DNA of 64,000 nt, taken from NCBI RefSeq assembly GCF_026571515.1, contig NW_026852468.1:434001-498000 (forward strand). Direction: 5' to 3'. The translations under genes were made by a program, and so were the position numbers. The notes under the pieces were generated by a model that saw only the letters and a list, made by a program, of their open reading frames with translations, did not search any database and had not been told where the DNA came from. Below, piece after piece: positions 1 through 12,118 of this stretch. Source of the stretch: Ruditapes philippinarum (Eukaryota). The first letter of the stretch is position 1, and every line of letters begins with the position of its first letter.

Positions 1-808
1 CATGATATCAAAATCATAAACTTCTATTTTCATGTGAATTAGATTGTGTAATGAAAGGCCTGCTATAACATAAAAATATGTTGATAGTATTTAGTGTCAT
101 ACTTGAAAACGAACTGCGAAAGAGTTATAAATTGATGTTGTTGGTAAGTGTGAGATACATAATCCGATATAACATTTCAATATGTGGCAGAATTTTTTTA
201 GAATTATAGAACATGATATGTTCATGCATCACATATATTTATGTTCATACTAAATCACTTTAGAACTGTAACAACATTATTCTTTCCAGAAATGTTTTTA
301 TAAGAATATCCAAATGATATTTTCTATTGTTAACATCAATATTTGAAATACTTATGGAAAATGTAACCATTGTAGACCAATTCACTTTGAAGGAATTGCC
401 CCAACATGTATCTCGTAGTCTAATGACACTGTTTGATACTCGGGCGGATATATTCTTTATAATTATATGCAAATAGATATTTATGTGATGTTTTTATTTT
501 ACTACATGCACAATATCTTCGTAAATTTATATATTTTGTTGTACTAAATTTTTGGTCTTACAATATATAATAAATGTTAACAATATTTGTTATTATCAAC
601 TTAAACACAAATGCTTTCCTTAAGTTTCATAAAAACCTCAAGCAACACGTCACTTCTTAGTGACACTTGTATTAATGGTTTGAGAGTGATTATAACTTGT
701 AAAAGTATTATTGTCACTAGCTTATCTAAATAATGTTTACCAGTACGATATTTATACTCCTTTATATTATATGTATGTGAAAATGATAGTTTTATCTAAT
801 TATTTCAG

Positions 809-3800
809 AAATTATAGATGGCGGTTTTAGTGACTGGTCAGATTGGACAGAATGTTCGGTGACTTGTGGGGGTGGTGAACAAACTAGGAGCCGAACATGT
901 TCGAATCCTGTACCTGAGAACGGTGGCATTGACTGCGTAGGTGACTTAGAAGAGACCCAACCTTGCAACACAGACATCTGTCCACCTGGTACCAAAATTC
1001 AAATCATTTAGTTGTTTTTAAGGACAACATAAAGCTATTTATTGTGACAAGTAAACGTGTTTATTTATAACACTTCACTTGATTGTTTGGAAAAAAAATC
1101 TGAATTATTACTTAAAAGTTAACATTATTACATAGTTATATGATAATTTATGTTTGATTACATTAAAAATGTACAGTTGATGGTGGATTTACTGAATGGA
1201 CAGCGTGGACAGAATGCTCGGTGACCTGTGGAGACGGACAGCAAACCCGAACACGCGAATGCACGAATCCTGAACCTCAGTTTGGCGGAAACAATTGTGA
1301 AGGGAACATTGAAGGGATTATGGCTTGTAATTTAGCACACTGTCCAGGTAAATATAACCTGTTATGACATTTTATATCAGTTCATATGCTGTTTTTTACT
1401 GCTTGTTAAGTCAGCAGATAGGGACAAAATATAGACTGACTGAAAGCATACTTGAGAACTTGAGATAACAGGGATAGATGAAATAATGTTCATTGAAAAT
1501 TGCTTGTAAAATGATCAAATACATGTATATGCTTGAATATTAGGGCTCAATTACGAAATATGCATGCTCTTTGTCATTTTAGTCGCTATTATTAATTACC
1601 AATGATTATAAGCACACATCTAATACCTATTTTATAGTTAATGGTGAGTTCACCGACTGGAGCATATGGAGTGAGTGTTCCGTCACGTGCGGAAACGGAA
1701 CACATATCCGATCACGTGACTGCAGTAATCCGGAGCCTCAGTATGGTGGGGAAGATTGTGTTGGGGAAACAGAAGAATCTGAGACTTGTGAGCTTGATCC
1801 CTGTCCGGGTAATATAAACAGATATATTGTGTGAATTAGAATTAAATGAAAACGATTTGCCCTGGAGCATACATAATGGTGCACACAGAGTAGGGCGTTT
1901 AAGAAGTTCTTAAAAACGCTCGTACATTTCAATTTTAAACAGTGTAATGATCACTACACAATAGATATCTGCAATGATGCATACATTTATTTGTTAGGCA
2001 TTTCGCACAAGGGAATATGCCTACTTTTTAATGCTTCTCTTCCTACCTTTCCAAAATATATATGGATGGTTTATTTCATTATAAAGTTGATGGATACTGG
2101 CTGAGTTGGGAAGATTGGACACTATGCTCTGCGTCATGTGGCAGCAGCGGTACACGTGAAAGAACGCGCACGTGTGTAGACCCGTTAAATGGCGGTAATC
2201 CATGCAATGGGGCCGGGGAGCAAGTGGAATTCTGTAATACACAAGAATGTCCATGTAAGACATTGTGGTATATGTTTATTAAATTTCAAACCATTATCAA
2301 TTTTTCTCATTCCTGCGTCATATTAGGTATCTGCTCTGCTTTGTTTGTAGCAGTAATTTACCTGCTTTCGTGTTCAAAATAAATGATAATTATGTACCTC
2401 TATGTCAACGCTTCACTAGGGCTATGTACTATTACATGTTTTAATGTTTTTTATGTAGGTAGTAAAGAAAGTGATGTTTCTTGGTGTAAATTGTTAGATT
2501 TAGCTGCAGCAATGAATTCACTTCTTTGCATTATTGATATCTAACCAATTAATGGAATCTAGTTATCTAATAACAGTTTTCTTGAGTGCAAAAACTAGAA
2601 TTATAATTAGACTTACTAATAATGTTGCATTTCATCCAATTTCTTAAGAAGAAAAGGGCACATTAAATTGTTGTTAATCTTGAAATATTTGAGAGAGTGC
2701 TATAAATGAACAATTCTTAAATTATTTCAGTTGACGGTGTTTGGAGTGATTGGGCCTCGTGGGGAGATTGTAACGCCACTTGCGAAGGCGGTGTGAAAGA
2801 GAGAACGCGCTCGTGCATAGGACCTCTTAACGGGGGCACTGAATGTACCGGTATATCCCGGGAAACAGACGTTTGTAATGAAATTCATTGTTCAAGTATG
2901 ATTTTATTTTTATTTTATATGTTAAAAAATATGACAAACAATGTGACAACTCGTTATAAAGGCTCGATTTTTTGTTTCTATGAGGGAATTGGGCTAATAT
3001 AAGTTGTTTTTATATATATTTTTACTACAAGTTTACTACCTCTGCAGTTAAAGCCTTGTTATAAAATTTATGTAAAAGTTCATTATTTGAGAATATTGCA
3101 GGTTCTATGTTTTAGATGGTTTTGTTGGAAAGAGCTTAGGACAAGTTAATTAGTCAGTTTTTAGATAAAACATTTCTGCCATTCTTCGATTCAAAAATGT
3201 TCTGTTTTCATACAGTTGATGGACATTGGGCAAACTGGGATGAATGGTCAACGTGCACATTTACGTGTAACACAGGAACGCGCGAAAGAACACGTGATTG
3301 CATAGATCCGCAATATGGCGGGGAAAACTGTACTGGAGCTGAAATGCAGACAGAATTTTGCAATACTAATCTGTGTCCTGGTAAAGTCTTTACTTTAAAA
3401 CTTTAACTGACGAAATTATTCATTTATTTTGGCTAATAAAACGTATATCAAGCAAGTTGAATTTATCATATATTTTGTTTAGTGTGCTAGAAAGTCGCAG
3501 GTAGTACAGTGCCATGATTCTGGAAGACGTCGTATATGAAACAGAAAACTAAATATATTCAATCAAAATTATTTCGAATATTTAGTCATTTAAGCGTGTC
3601 GTTCTGTTTCATTTTCTTTAGTTGATGGAGAATGGCGTAATTGGTCGGAATGGAGTACGTGCACAATGTCATGTGGTGGAGGGTCACGTAACAGATCTCG
3701 CACGTGCATAGAACCTTTGTATGGAGGATTTGATTGCATGGGAAATGAAACGGATACTGAAAACTGTAACGAAGAACCATGTCCAGGTATGATATTTACA

Positions 3801-6800
3801 TTTAGAACTAAAGTGTTATAGAAATTTAGAGCCTTTATATTATATTTAATGCAATTAACACCATATATTTCATGCCAGTATCATTTTGATATAGATGTAT
3901 TCATTTATTTTATGTTCGTTTCGTTTCATTACGTGACTACTCAATATTGTTAATGTATCGCATTTTTTCTGTCTGATTTTTATTTGTAACCTGATTTTTA
4001 TTTGTAGCCGGTTCAAAAGCCTTTTTATTACTTTTCTTTTAATAAAATCATTGGAAAAGAATAACTTTAAATAAGGTTGGACTGTTTCAGTAGAAAGATG
4101 TTTGCCATAACAAGGTTAGATGTCATATATCTCGGTGAAGGTGATCTTAACTAAAGGGATATCAATCAATGAGCTGTTCTGTTTCATTTATTTCATGATT
4201 TCCAGTATGAATATGATTATGGCATTTCAAAATTTAAACATGCACTTTATCTTCAACAAATGACTTTATAATTGGGATGAAAATCTATTAAGGGTACATG
4301 TTTCATTATTTGCTTTGCAGTTAATGGTTTCTGGCTAGAATGGTCTTAATGGGACTCGTGTTCAGTATCTTGCGCTGATGGTACCCGGAACAGGTCGCGC
4401 TCGTGCGTTGAACCTTCATATGGTGGCGCAAATTGTACGGGTGAAAGTTCACAATCAGAATACTGCAATAATGGAAACTGCCCAAGTAAGAAATCAACGT
4501 TTTGTATATGTCAACGTAGAAAGTATTGTTAATTACTTTTCATATATATGTCAAGTTTTTATCTAAGTGAATTATAAGATTTTACATGAAAGGTAGTTTT
4601 AGCATCTTAACAACAATGTTGTAGACTATGATGACTATATTTTTACACCTACAGTTTTTTCGACAAAAAATACAGTATAGATAGAAAAGAGGTCAAGACG
4701 TTTGGAGCAAACAGTGCATAAATCTCAAATGAAATCTTGTCGGAAAATTGATGAACGCAAACATCAAAATCTCATTGACGTCTTTGTTTATATGATTAAA
4801 TTATTGCTTTTTTAAGTTGATGGGTTTTGGTCGGATTGGTCAGAATGGACCAAGTGTTCTCAGACATGTGGTGGGGGTTACCGGAATAAGTCACGTGAAT
4901 GTAACGAACCTTTATACGGAGGACTGATGTGTCAAGGAGAAATGTCAGAAACTGACACGTGCAACGTGGATGCTTGTCCAAGTAAGTACTTAATTGTTTC
5001 TTAAAGCTGTAGATATCATAAAATGTATTTTTGTTGAAGTAAATAATACTTTAATCGCAGCATATGGTACATCTTAAACATGTGAAGAATGGCAAAAACG
5101 CATTAAAACATGTAAATAATTATTAATGACAAAATCTTTCATGCATAAATGTTCTATAAGTTCTATATTTACATGAATCTAACTTTTGCAAATCAGTCTA
5201 CACTCAGAAGTACGTTTTTCAACGAGGATTTACTGAAGTATATTATACAGTGTTAGTTTATTTGGCGCTGAAAATTAATGGGGAAAAAAACTGTTTTGTT
5301 TCATAAAAGTTGACGGTTCGATGTCCATACTGTAAGATTTTTGTTGGTTACTTACATTTAGGTCATTACACATATAAATTGACGGAATAGATCATCCTCC
5401 TTTTCTTCTTTATCATATCCTGTATATTTTGATAGAGATGGTTTCAACTTTGACTACTGAATGAAATTTTGCTATAAAAATTGCATAAAAATCTCAATAT
5501 TTATTTTCAAGACCGTGTATATGGACATGTAGGGTCCGGACTATGTATTGTTATACTGAAGTTATAAGCTTAGCAGTGCCTGAAGTTTCGAAATTATTTT
5601 TATTTTGCAAGAATAACTGAACTGTTACTATTTATTTTGTACATAGTTGATGGTGAATGGTTAGATTGGAGTCAGTGGAGCACGTGTAGTAAAACATGTG
5701 GTGGCGGAACACGTGTTAAAACTCGTAATTGTACTCAACCAAAATATGGCGGGAAATTCTGTGAAGGGGAATCATCTGAAACCGATATGTGTAATGTTGA
5801 ACCTTGTGCAGGTAATATATATGAATTATCTTGTTGATACCATTCGCCGTCTGTAAATCCCAGAACAGTATTTGCAGTACAGTAACAACATTTAATAGTA
5901 TAAAGTTTAACGCCATGTCAATTTTACAGCTTTACCCCAGGTCAGTAAACAACCTGTTCAATCTTCATGCCCTCACAATAGGTCCACGTAAAAATACTGC
6001 GCTTTCATGTACACACGTGTATAAACTTACATGTATTTATAACTGGGTGATCTTTTGATGTATGTATGTATATGCTTGCATGCATGCATGTATGTATGTA
6101 TGTACGTATGAGGGTCCATCCACCCGCTGTCGCGTACGGACCCCGGACATGCCACCATTTATACCATTAAAGAGTTAATTTTGAAGCAGAAGGTGGTGAT
6201 AATTTACCTCCATGCAATTTCTACGGAGTATTAGCCAAAGATCTGCCTTTCAAGCCGTCATTTGTACTAAGTGCTCAAGCACCGTAGTGCACCATCCTTG
6301 TCGACTCTGTCTACTTTGTTGGGCCACTCCCCTCGGCTTTAGTTCGGACACCGGCAGCTAATTTCATACAGTCCCAGCCGGTGCTGCCGTGCCGCCTTTA
6401 GCATAATTCCGTCTGTAGAGTGGATGAGATCTTACCGACCGACTTAAACGTCATAGAGGATTTAAAGTAATCATCTGCCGGTACCCTGTGCGTTCTTAAT
6501 GAAGTGCACGTACCGAGAGAAAGAGAGAAGTGTTTCCATGAATTGACACTTTTTTATTTCTTTTATATGCGTCGTTTTGTTGAAACATTAATGCATTTTG
6601 AGAAATACATGTATTTTTATTTAATTTAAACTTTACCTTAGAATATTTACATAAATTTTAATAAAACTGTATTAAGATAAAGCTGTTTTAAAGCTCTCAG
6701 CACTGATAGTTTTATTTTAATGTAATTTTTTTTTATAAAGTGGACGGTTATTGGAAAGAATGGTCGAACTGGACAGAATGTTCAGTCTCATGCGCTGGAG

Positions 6801-9800
6801 GATCACGAAATAGGACACGTGAATGCGTTCAACCGAAATTTGGCGGGAAAGAATGCACAGGAATAGACGCCGAAGAAGAGGAATGCAACACACACGATTG
6901 TCCTGGTAATAAACCGCACCAAAATGTCTGACATGTTTAGAAGGAAATACAAAAATGCAGTTTCTTTCACAATCTTGATTTAACTTTAATCTAAATGTAT
7001 TTGTTCCTTATTTTACAGAAACAAACGCTACATTTGATATTTGTAATAGAAGTTGATGACCAAATAAAATAAAAATACATGTAATAATATTGAAAATAAA
7101 AAAAGAAACAATCAAGTATAGATGAAATAATTATACAAAATTGTAAGTCTAAAACCAAATTTGCTAATTCAAATCATTACGATAAATTATTATTTCATAA
7201 GATGATCGAATGTACTAAATTGTTCTTATTTATTCTGTTGATGATATGACTATAAACGTTGCAGTTGACGGTATTTGGACCACGTGGTTACAATGGTCGG
7301 AGTGCTCAGCCACGTGCAATGGAGGCGCACGGAACAGAAGCCGAACCTGTATAGGAACACAAAATGGCGGGAAATACTGCGCGGGTCATGACGTAGATAT
7401 TCAAATATGTGCCCTGGAATTATGTCCATCAAGTAATGAATATTTAATACTCAGGTCATATACGCATGTCATTCATAAAACATTTTAATATAAGATCACG
7501 TTAGTCAATGCTCTCAAATATTGATCGTTTTGTGTAGCCGTTACAAATGCGGTCTCCTTACGTCCTACTTTTTTGCTGTATACATAAGCAAAATAAAAAC
7601 ATACAAGAACACAAACATTGATGCTAGTAATTCACATATAAATAAAACCATCAGAGAAAAAAGTTAATTTGGATGAGGTCAGGAATTTTTAAGATTCTTT
7701 ATGTTTATCTATTCATTTAGTCGATGGTGGATGGTCAGATTGGACTAGCTGGACAGCTTGCAGCATGAGTTGTGGTTTCTCGGAAAGGACTAGAAACAGA
7801 ACCTGTACCAATCCTTCTCCGCAGTGGGGTGGCAAGTATTGTGAAGGTATTCATATACAATCAGACAGCTGCATGGAAAATGATTGTCCGGGTAAAATAT
7901 TTAATACACCTAAGCTATCTTTCCTTTCATTACGTCTTATAACTCTATTTGATCATTGTATTACAACATTGAAATGAAGGATTGGATAAAACAGTGTCAT
8001 TTAATGATCGAGTACTTTTTTATTCAACATTCAACACATTTTCAATGACGGTTCTTTTGAAAAAGCACGAACTGAAACATGGTCATGTTTATAAAAATGT
8101 CATAACTCCGGTTTATTGGTTAATATGTTTCATTTAAATAAATATTATAATTATTCCTGTGAATTATTTTCAGTACTGTAGTGCAATGTTTAATAAACAT
8201 TGAAATTGAATTTTTACCTTTGTTATGTCCAAGATTGTCATTATTATAGATCATATAAGGAATGGAACATGTTATTTCACGCAAAATAAACATTTTACCT
8301 GAGAAATTTTGACACATTGAAATTAAACATTTCTGCATTTTAAACATTAACATTGTGTATTATACTTGATTTTTTAAGTTAGAACATCATTTTGACATCA
8401 GTTTATGTTTAGTTATAATTAGTGATATTACATATAAAAGCATATGATATACTAAATCTGTCCCAACTGTCATCAGTGCTATACAATGCTGTGGCACAGC
8501 CGTTGGTCATTAACTAGTTTACTATAAAACATGTTTAATATAGTGGACGGTGTGTGGTCATCTTGGGCGACATGGTCACCATGCTTGAATATGACAGTGA
8601 ATGATGTTTCAAGTCCAAAATGTGGGCGTGGTTTTAGGTATAGAAACAGGACATGTGACAATCCAGCGCCACAGTTTGCCGGGTCGGACTGTAGTGGCAA
8701 CTTAACAGAGATTAAAAACTGCAATATACCATGTATGTTGATTAATTACTTTATTACTATCTGGTTTACGATAATATCGCATATAGAAATTTTAATGAAT
8801 AGTGTATGCAAGCAACTAATTAATTTCTAGACAAGTATCAAATGAAACTTTCTTATCATTTTTGTTCAAATCATTCTATAAAAAGACATGAAGTATATAG
8901 TATATACGACTTTGAATTTGATCCATACATTGTATTTAAGATAAACATTATTATAATTTGTTATTATATATGCATTTACCATATGTTGATTAAGCAAACT
9001 TGATTTGGGGTAACGACCAGTTTAAGAAACTAACGCAAATTTAATTTTCCCGCCATTTTAGGTCATGTGATCACGTGTAGTAAAGAAAATCCGGAGAAAT
9101 GCCAAATTGTGTTTCAGAATATACCCGGTAATAAAGGTACTGAAGAGTTTAAAATAAACTTGATTTTTTATATAAACTTGCTTTTCAAATGAATAAGAGA
9201 TTTACAAGTCTCTATTCATTCTAAGAGGCAACTTCATTTAAAAAAAAAGTGTTAAATGTCTATACTGATAAAATAATGTATCGTTAACAATTATTATATA
9301 ATTCGCTAACAAATATACCTTTGAATGTATTCAAACAAAATTGTGACTGAAAATAGATGTGTATCTAAAAATGAGTAACATACAAATGTACCTCACGTTG
9401 CAATGCTGGGATTTGAGCTTTCACGTAGTTAAATTATCAATTAAGGACATATATGTACGAAAGACCGGTGGTGACATTTCACGTTCACGAATTCATGATT
9501 TCAAGATTTTAATATTTCATTATTTTTAGAGTGAAATATGGAATTTTTAAATCGTGAATTCATGAATTCGCGATTTCATAATTTCACAATTTCTTTTAAA
9601 AAAACCTGAATAAATGAAATCGTCAAATAATGAAATCGTGTCTTTCGTATTTATATATGTAATACCTTTAACTTTGTAAACTTTAAAGTTGAATTAAAAA
9701 AAAAACCCTAATTTTTGTAGTTTGATATCTATAGAAGTTTGAAGAAAAACAACAAAAATTGCATCTCGAGCATGTGTATGTATCTAAAAATACTGGTAAT

Positions 9801-9892
9801 ATTCTCTTTTTTCTTCTTCAGGAAATAAGGCGGCAACCAGCACTTCTGTGGTCATCTCAATACTGAGTTTTATTGTGAAATTATGTATCTAA
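809..9892 (+). CDS. Multi-TSP1 (thrombospondin type-1) repeat protein, probably GPI-anchored (coadhesin/hemicentin/SCO-spondin-like repeat array); 5' end not seen. Exons: 809-988, 1177-1347, 1638-1808, 2087-2254, 2731-2895, 3216-3380, 3622-3786, 4321-4485, 4817-4981, 5647-5811, 6741-6905, 7265-7432, 7721-7891, 8544-8732, 9062-9127, 9822-9892
   Basis: 14 AG/GT-bounded phase-1 exons of 165-189 nt, each encoding VDGxWxxWxxWxxCSxTCGGGxRxRxRxCxxPxxGGxxCxG...CP. They are followed by a short Cys exon ([22 protein letters not shown]) and a terminal exon [23 protein letters not shown] (small residues then a hydrophobic end). In-frame TAA at 4347-4349 in the 8th exon. Confidence 0.93.
6057..6530. repeat. 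(TATG)n microsatellite followed by a GC-richer intronic insertion, probable unclassified interspersed repeat
   Basis: TATG run at ~6057-6110, then an abrupt rise in GC over ~6111-6530 inside an AT-rich intron; no termini identified. Confidence 0.35.
9456..9649. mobile_element. Short MITE with TACGAAAGAC...GTCTTTCGTA termini and internal TCACGAAT/ATTCGTGA subrepeats
   Basis: 10-bp terminal inverted repeat. Related sequence at 41093-41370 and 42277-42317 (aaagaccggt(g/t)gtgacatttt). No clean TSD. Confidence 0.6.
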
Positions 9893-11615
9893 CAATCATA
9901 CATTACTTATTTTAACGGTTTAGTTTCTTATCGCGTTTTAATACATTTTTCACAGTGAGAAACACTTTTAATTATACATGAAAACTTGCGCAACTATTGG
10001 AGATGTGGCGAAGCTGTATTAATAGAGAGCAAAATCTTTTGAGTTCATCTTTGTTGATGTTTTGTAAATAGAGAAATTGTTTTATAGAAATGTGGCTGTT
10101 TGCAGATTATGGTGATCAAATATTGTTAAATCTATATGACATGTTAAACATTTTGCAGTGCAGTGTTTTATGTGTACATTAAAGTAATAACAGATATTTT
10201 CATTATATTTGAGTAGAAATGAGGATGTTCATGCTGAAAGTTTACCTTGTCATTATGTTTTTCTTGACAATATATACTCATATCTTTACAATCTTATATC
10301 ATACATGACACTATTAAATTTCATCTGTACATAATATGCATGCATATGTGCTAAAATATGACGCTATATTTATTTTCTTCTACAGTCTCTTTTTCTAAAA
10401 AAAATTACCAGTATTCATTAGATCTGAGAAGTTATGCAAGCTTGTTTATTATATTTTTCATTTTCTTTTTTTTCTCGTTGTCAAATAAGGTAGGTGTTTG
10501 TAAATTAAAGGCATTGTATATATAGTCTAGGACTCTTTGTCAAAGGAAATAAATGTATTTCATAGTCTTAGTAATAGTTACATGCCGTGGTTTTCCAGCT
10601 ACATTATTGTACATTATCTTGCCCATAAAAAGTTAATTATACTTTAATTATACTTAATTATACTTATGTAAAATTTATAGTAAGCTGAAAATAATACATT
10701 TTTGTTCCTTTTTTTAATTTATCATTGTCATGGGCACGAATATTGGTATAATCTTTATTAGTTTAATTTTTTATGTATTCTTTTTTATTTGTTTAAATTT
10801 CATGTATCTATTTTTATTTATTTTTATTATCATGCATTCATTTGATTTTATTTTTTGCACATTATTTCGACGTAATGTTCAGTCAACTTTAAAACATAAA
10901 AAAAAATCTTCAAGAATGTCATGTTATTATCAGTGCCTTTTAGTCTATAAAAAAGGTCTATAGTTTTCAAATCTTTGTTTTATTATTTTTATTCTTTTTT
11001 AAATTATTGTTATTCTCGCTTCTTATCATGAATTACCATCAGATCATCTTTCATTTTAAAGGGGAATTGTGTATTACTACTACTTTCAGCAGAGAGCGGA
11101 CATATTAACAGAGTTTTATCCAGTGTTTTGTTGATATTTCATGACTATAAACTATATGTCTATGGCTGAAAAGTATATTCAATTTGTTAAATATGTGTTA
11201 TGTATACTGTCAATCGATAACACTTAATATACAATTTCGATCTCTAGATAAAATGTATTCTTAATTTTTTATGGACTGAAATAATTGTAGTAGTAAGTAC
11301 AATATTTTTAATATCAAATTATCTTTATGTTTATAACCATATAAGAATAACAAAAATGTACTATGACACTGAAATATTCTCAACAAACAGAAAAATACAT
11401 GAATGAAAAACTATTATTAGCCACTTAAAACAACAGCTAATGGATGCATGTATTTTGTTGTTGTTTTTTGTATATATGTATCTTTAACATTGTTCTTTGT
11501 TATACATATATTATGGACTTGAATTATACATAATTCATGATTAAATATTCAGTTTAATAAAAACGTTCACACATGATGTTTACTTTTTATATCATATCCT
11601 GTATAAGCACCCAAC

Positions 11616-12022
11616 TATGTAGGCTGATTTGGAACGCTTTTGTGCGTCGTGTAGGCGCCAGCGACAACACGACAAAGCGGCAAACGGCGCGTTGTCGGAC
11701 TTTTGTCTTATCGTCCTGTCGCTAACGATGCACGTCAAACGGCGCGTTGTCGTGCGGCGTGTTGTCGCGATGTCACATTGTCGCTCGGTTCAAATCGAAG
11801 GATTGGCTTTAAAGCCAAGCGACAGGACGACATCGCGACAACGCGCCGCACGACAACGCGTCGTTTGGCGTGCTTTGCTAGAGTCAGGACGACAGTGCGA
11901 CAACGCCCGTTTGGCGTTTTGTCGTGTTGTCGCTAGTGACAAGACGAAAAGGCGATAACGATATATTTTGTGTTGTCGCTATCGCCAATGCAACGCGCAG
12001 TGTACCAAAATCAGCCACCATA
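11616..12022. mobile_element. GC-rich non-autonomous TIR element (IS3EU-like: TAT...ATA ends, 6-bp TSD)
   Basis: Left end tatgtaggctgatttgg; reverse complement of right end tatggtggctgattttgg. Flanks cccaac/ctcaac (6-bp TSD, 1 mismatch). Interior built of gcgacaacgcg/cgcgttgtcgc motifs in both orientations. Confidence 0.75.
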
Positions 12023-12118
12023 CTCAACAGCAAGCTGTGGGTTTGTTTTTTCTCCTTCATATTTTCTAACAAACACAAAATAAATAGAATTTGAAAGAGA
12101 CGTTGAGTAAATAATTGT

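Noticed and set aside
285-420. Possible upstream Cys-containing exon of the TSP1 gene (GKCNHCRPIHFEGIAPTCI)
   Set aside because: In-frame TGA immediately upstream and no convincing splice sites in phase; cannot support.
4347-4349. Selenocysteine or programmed readthrough at the TSP1 in-frame stop
   Set aside because: The codon is TAA, not TGA, and lies at a non-Cys position.
11629-11958. Arg-rich ORFs
   Set aside because: Open frames arising from GC-rich motifs inside a MITE.
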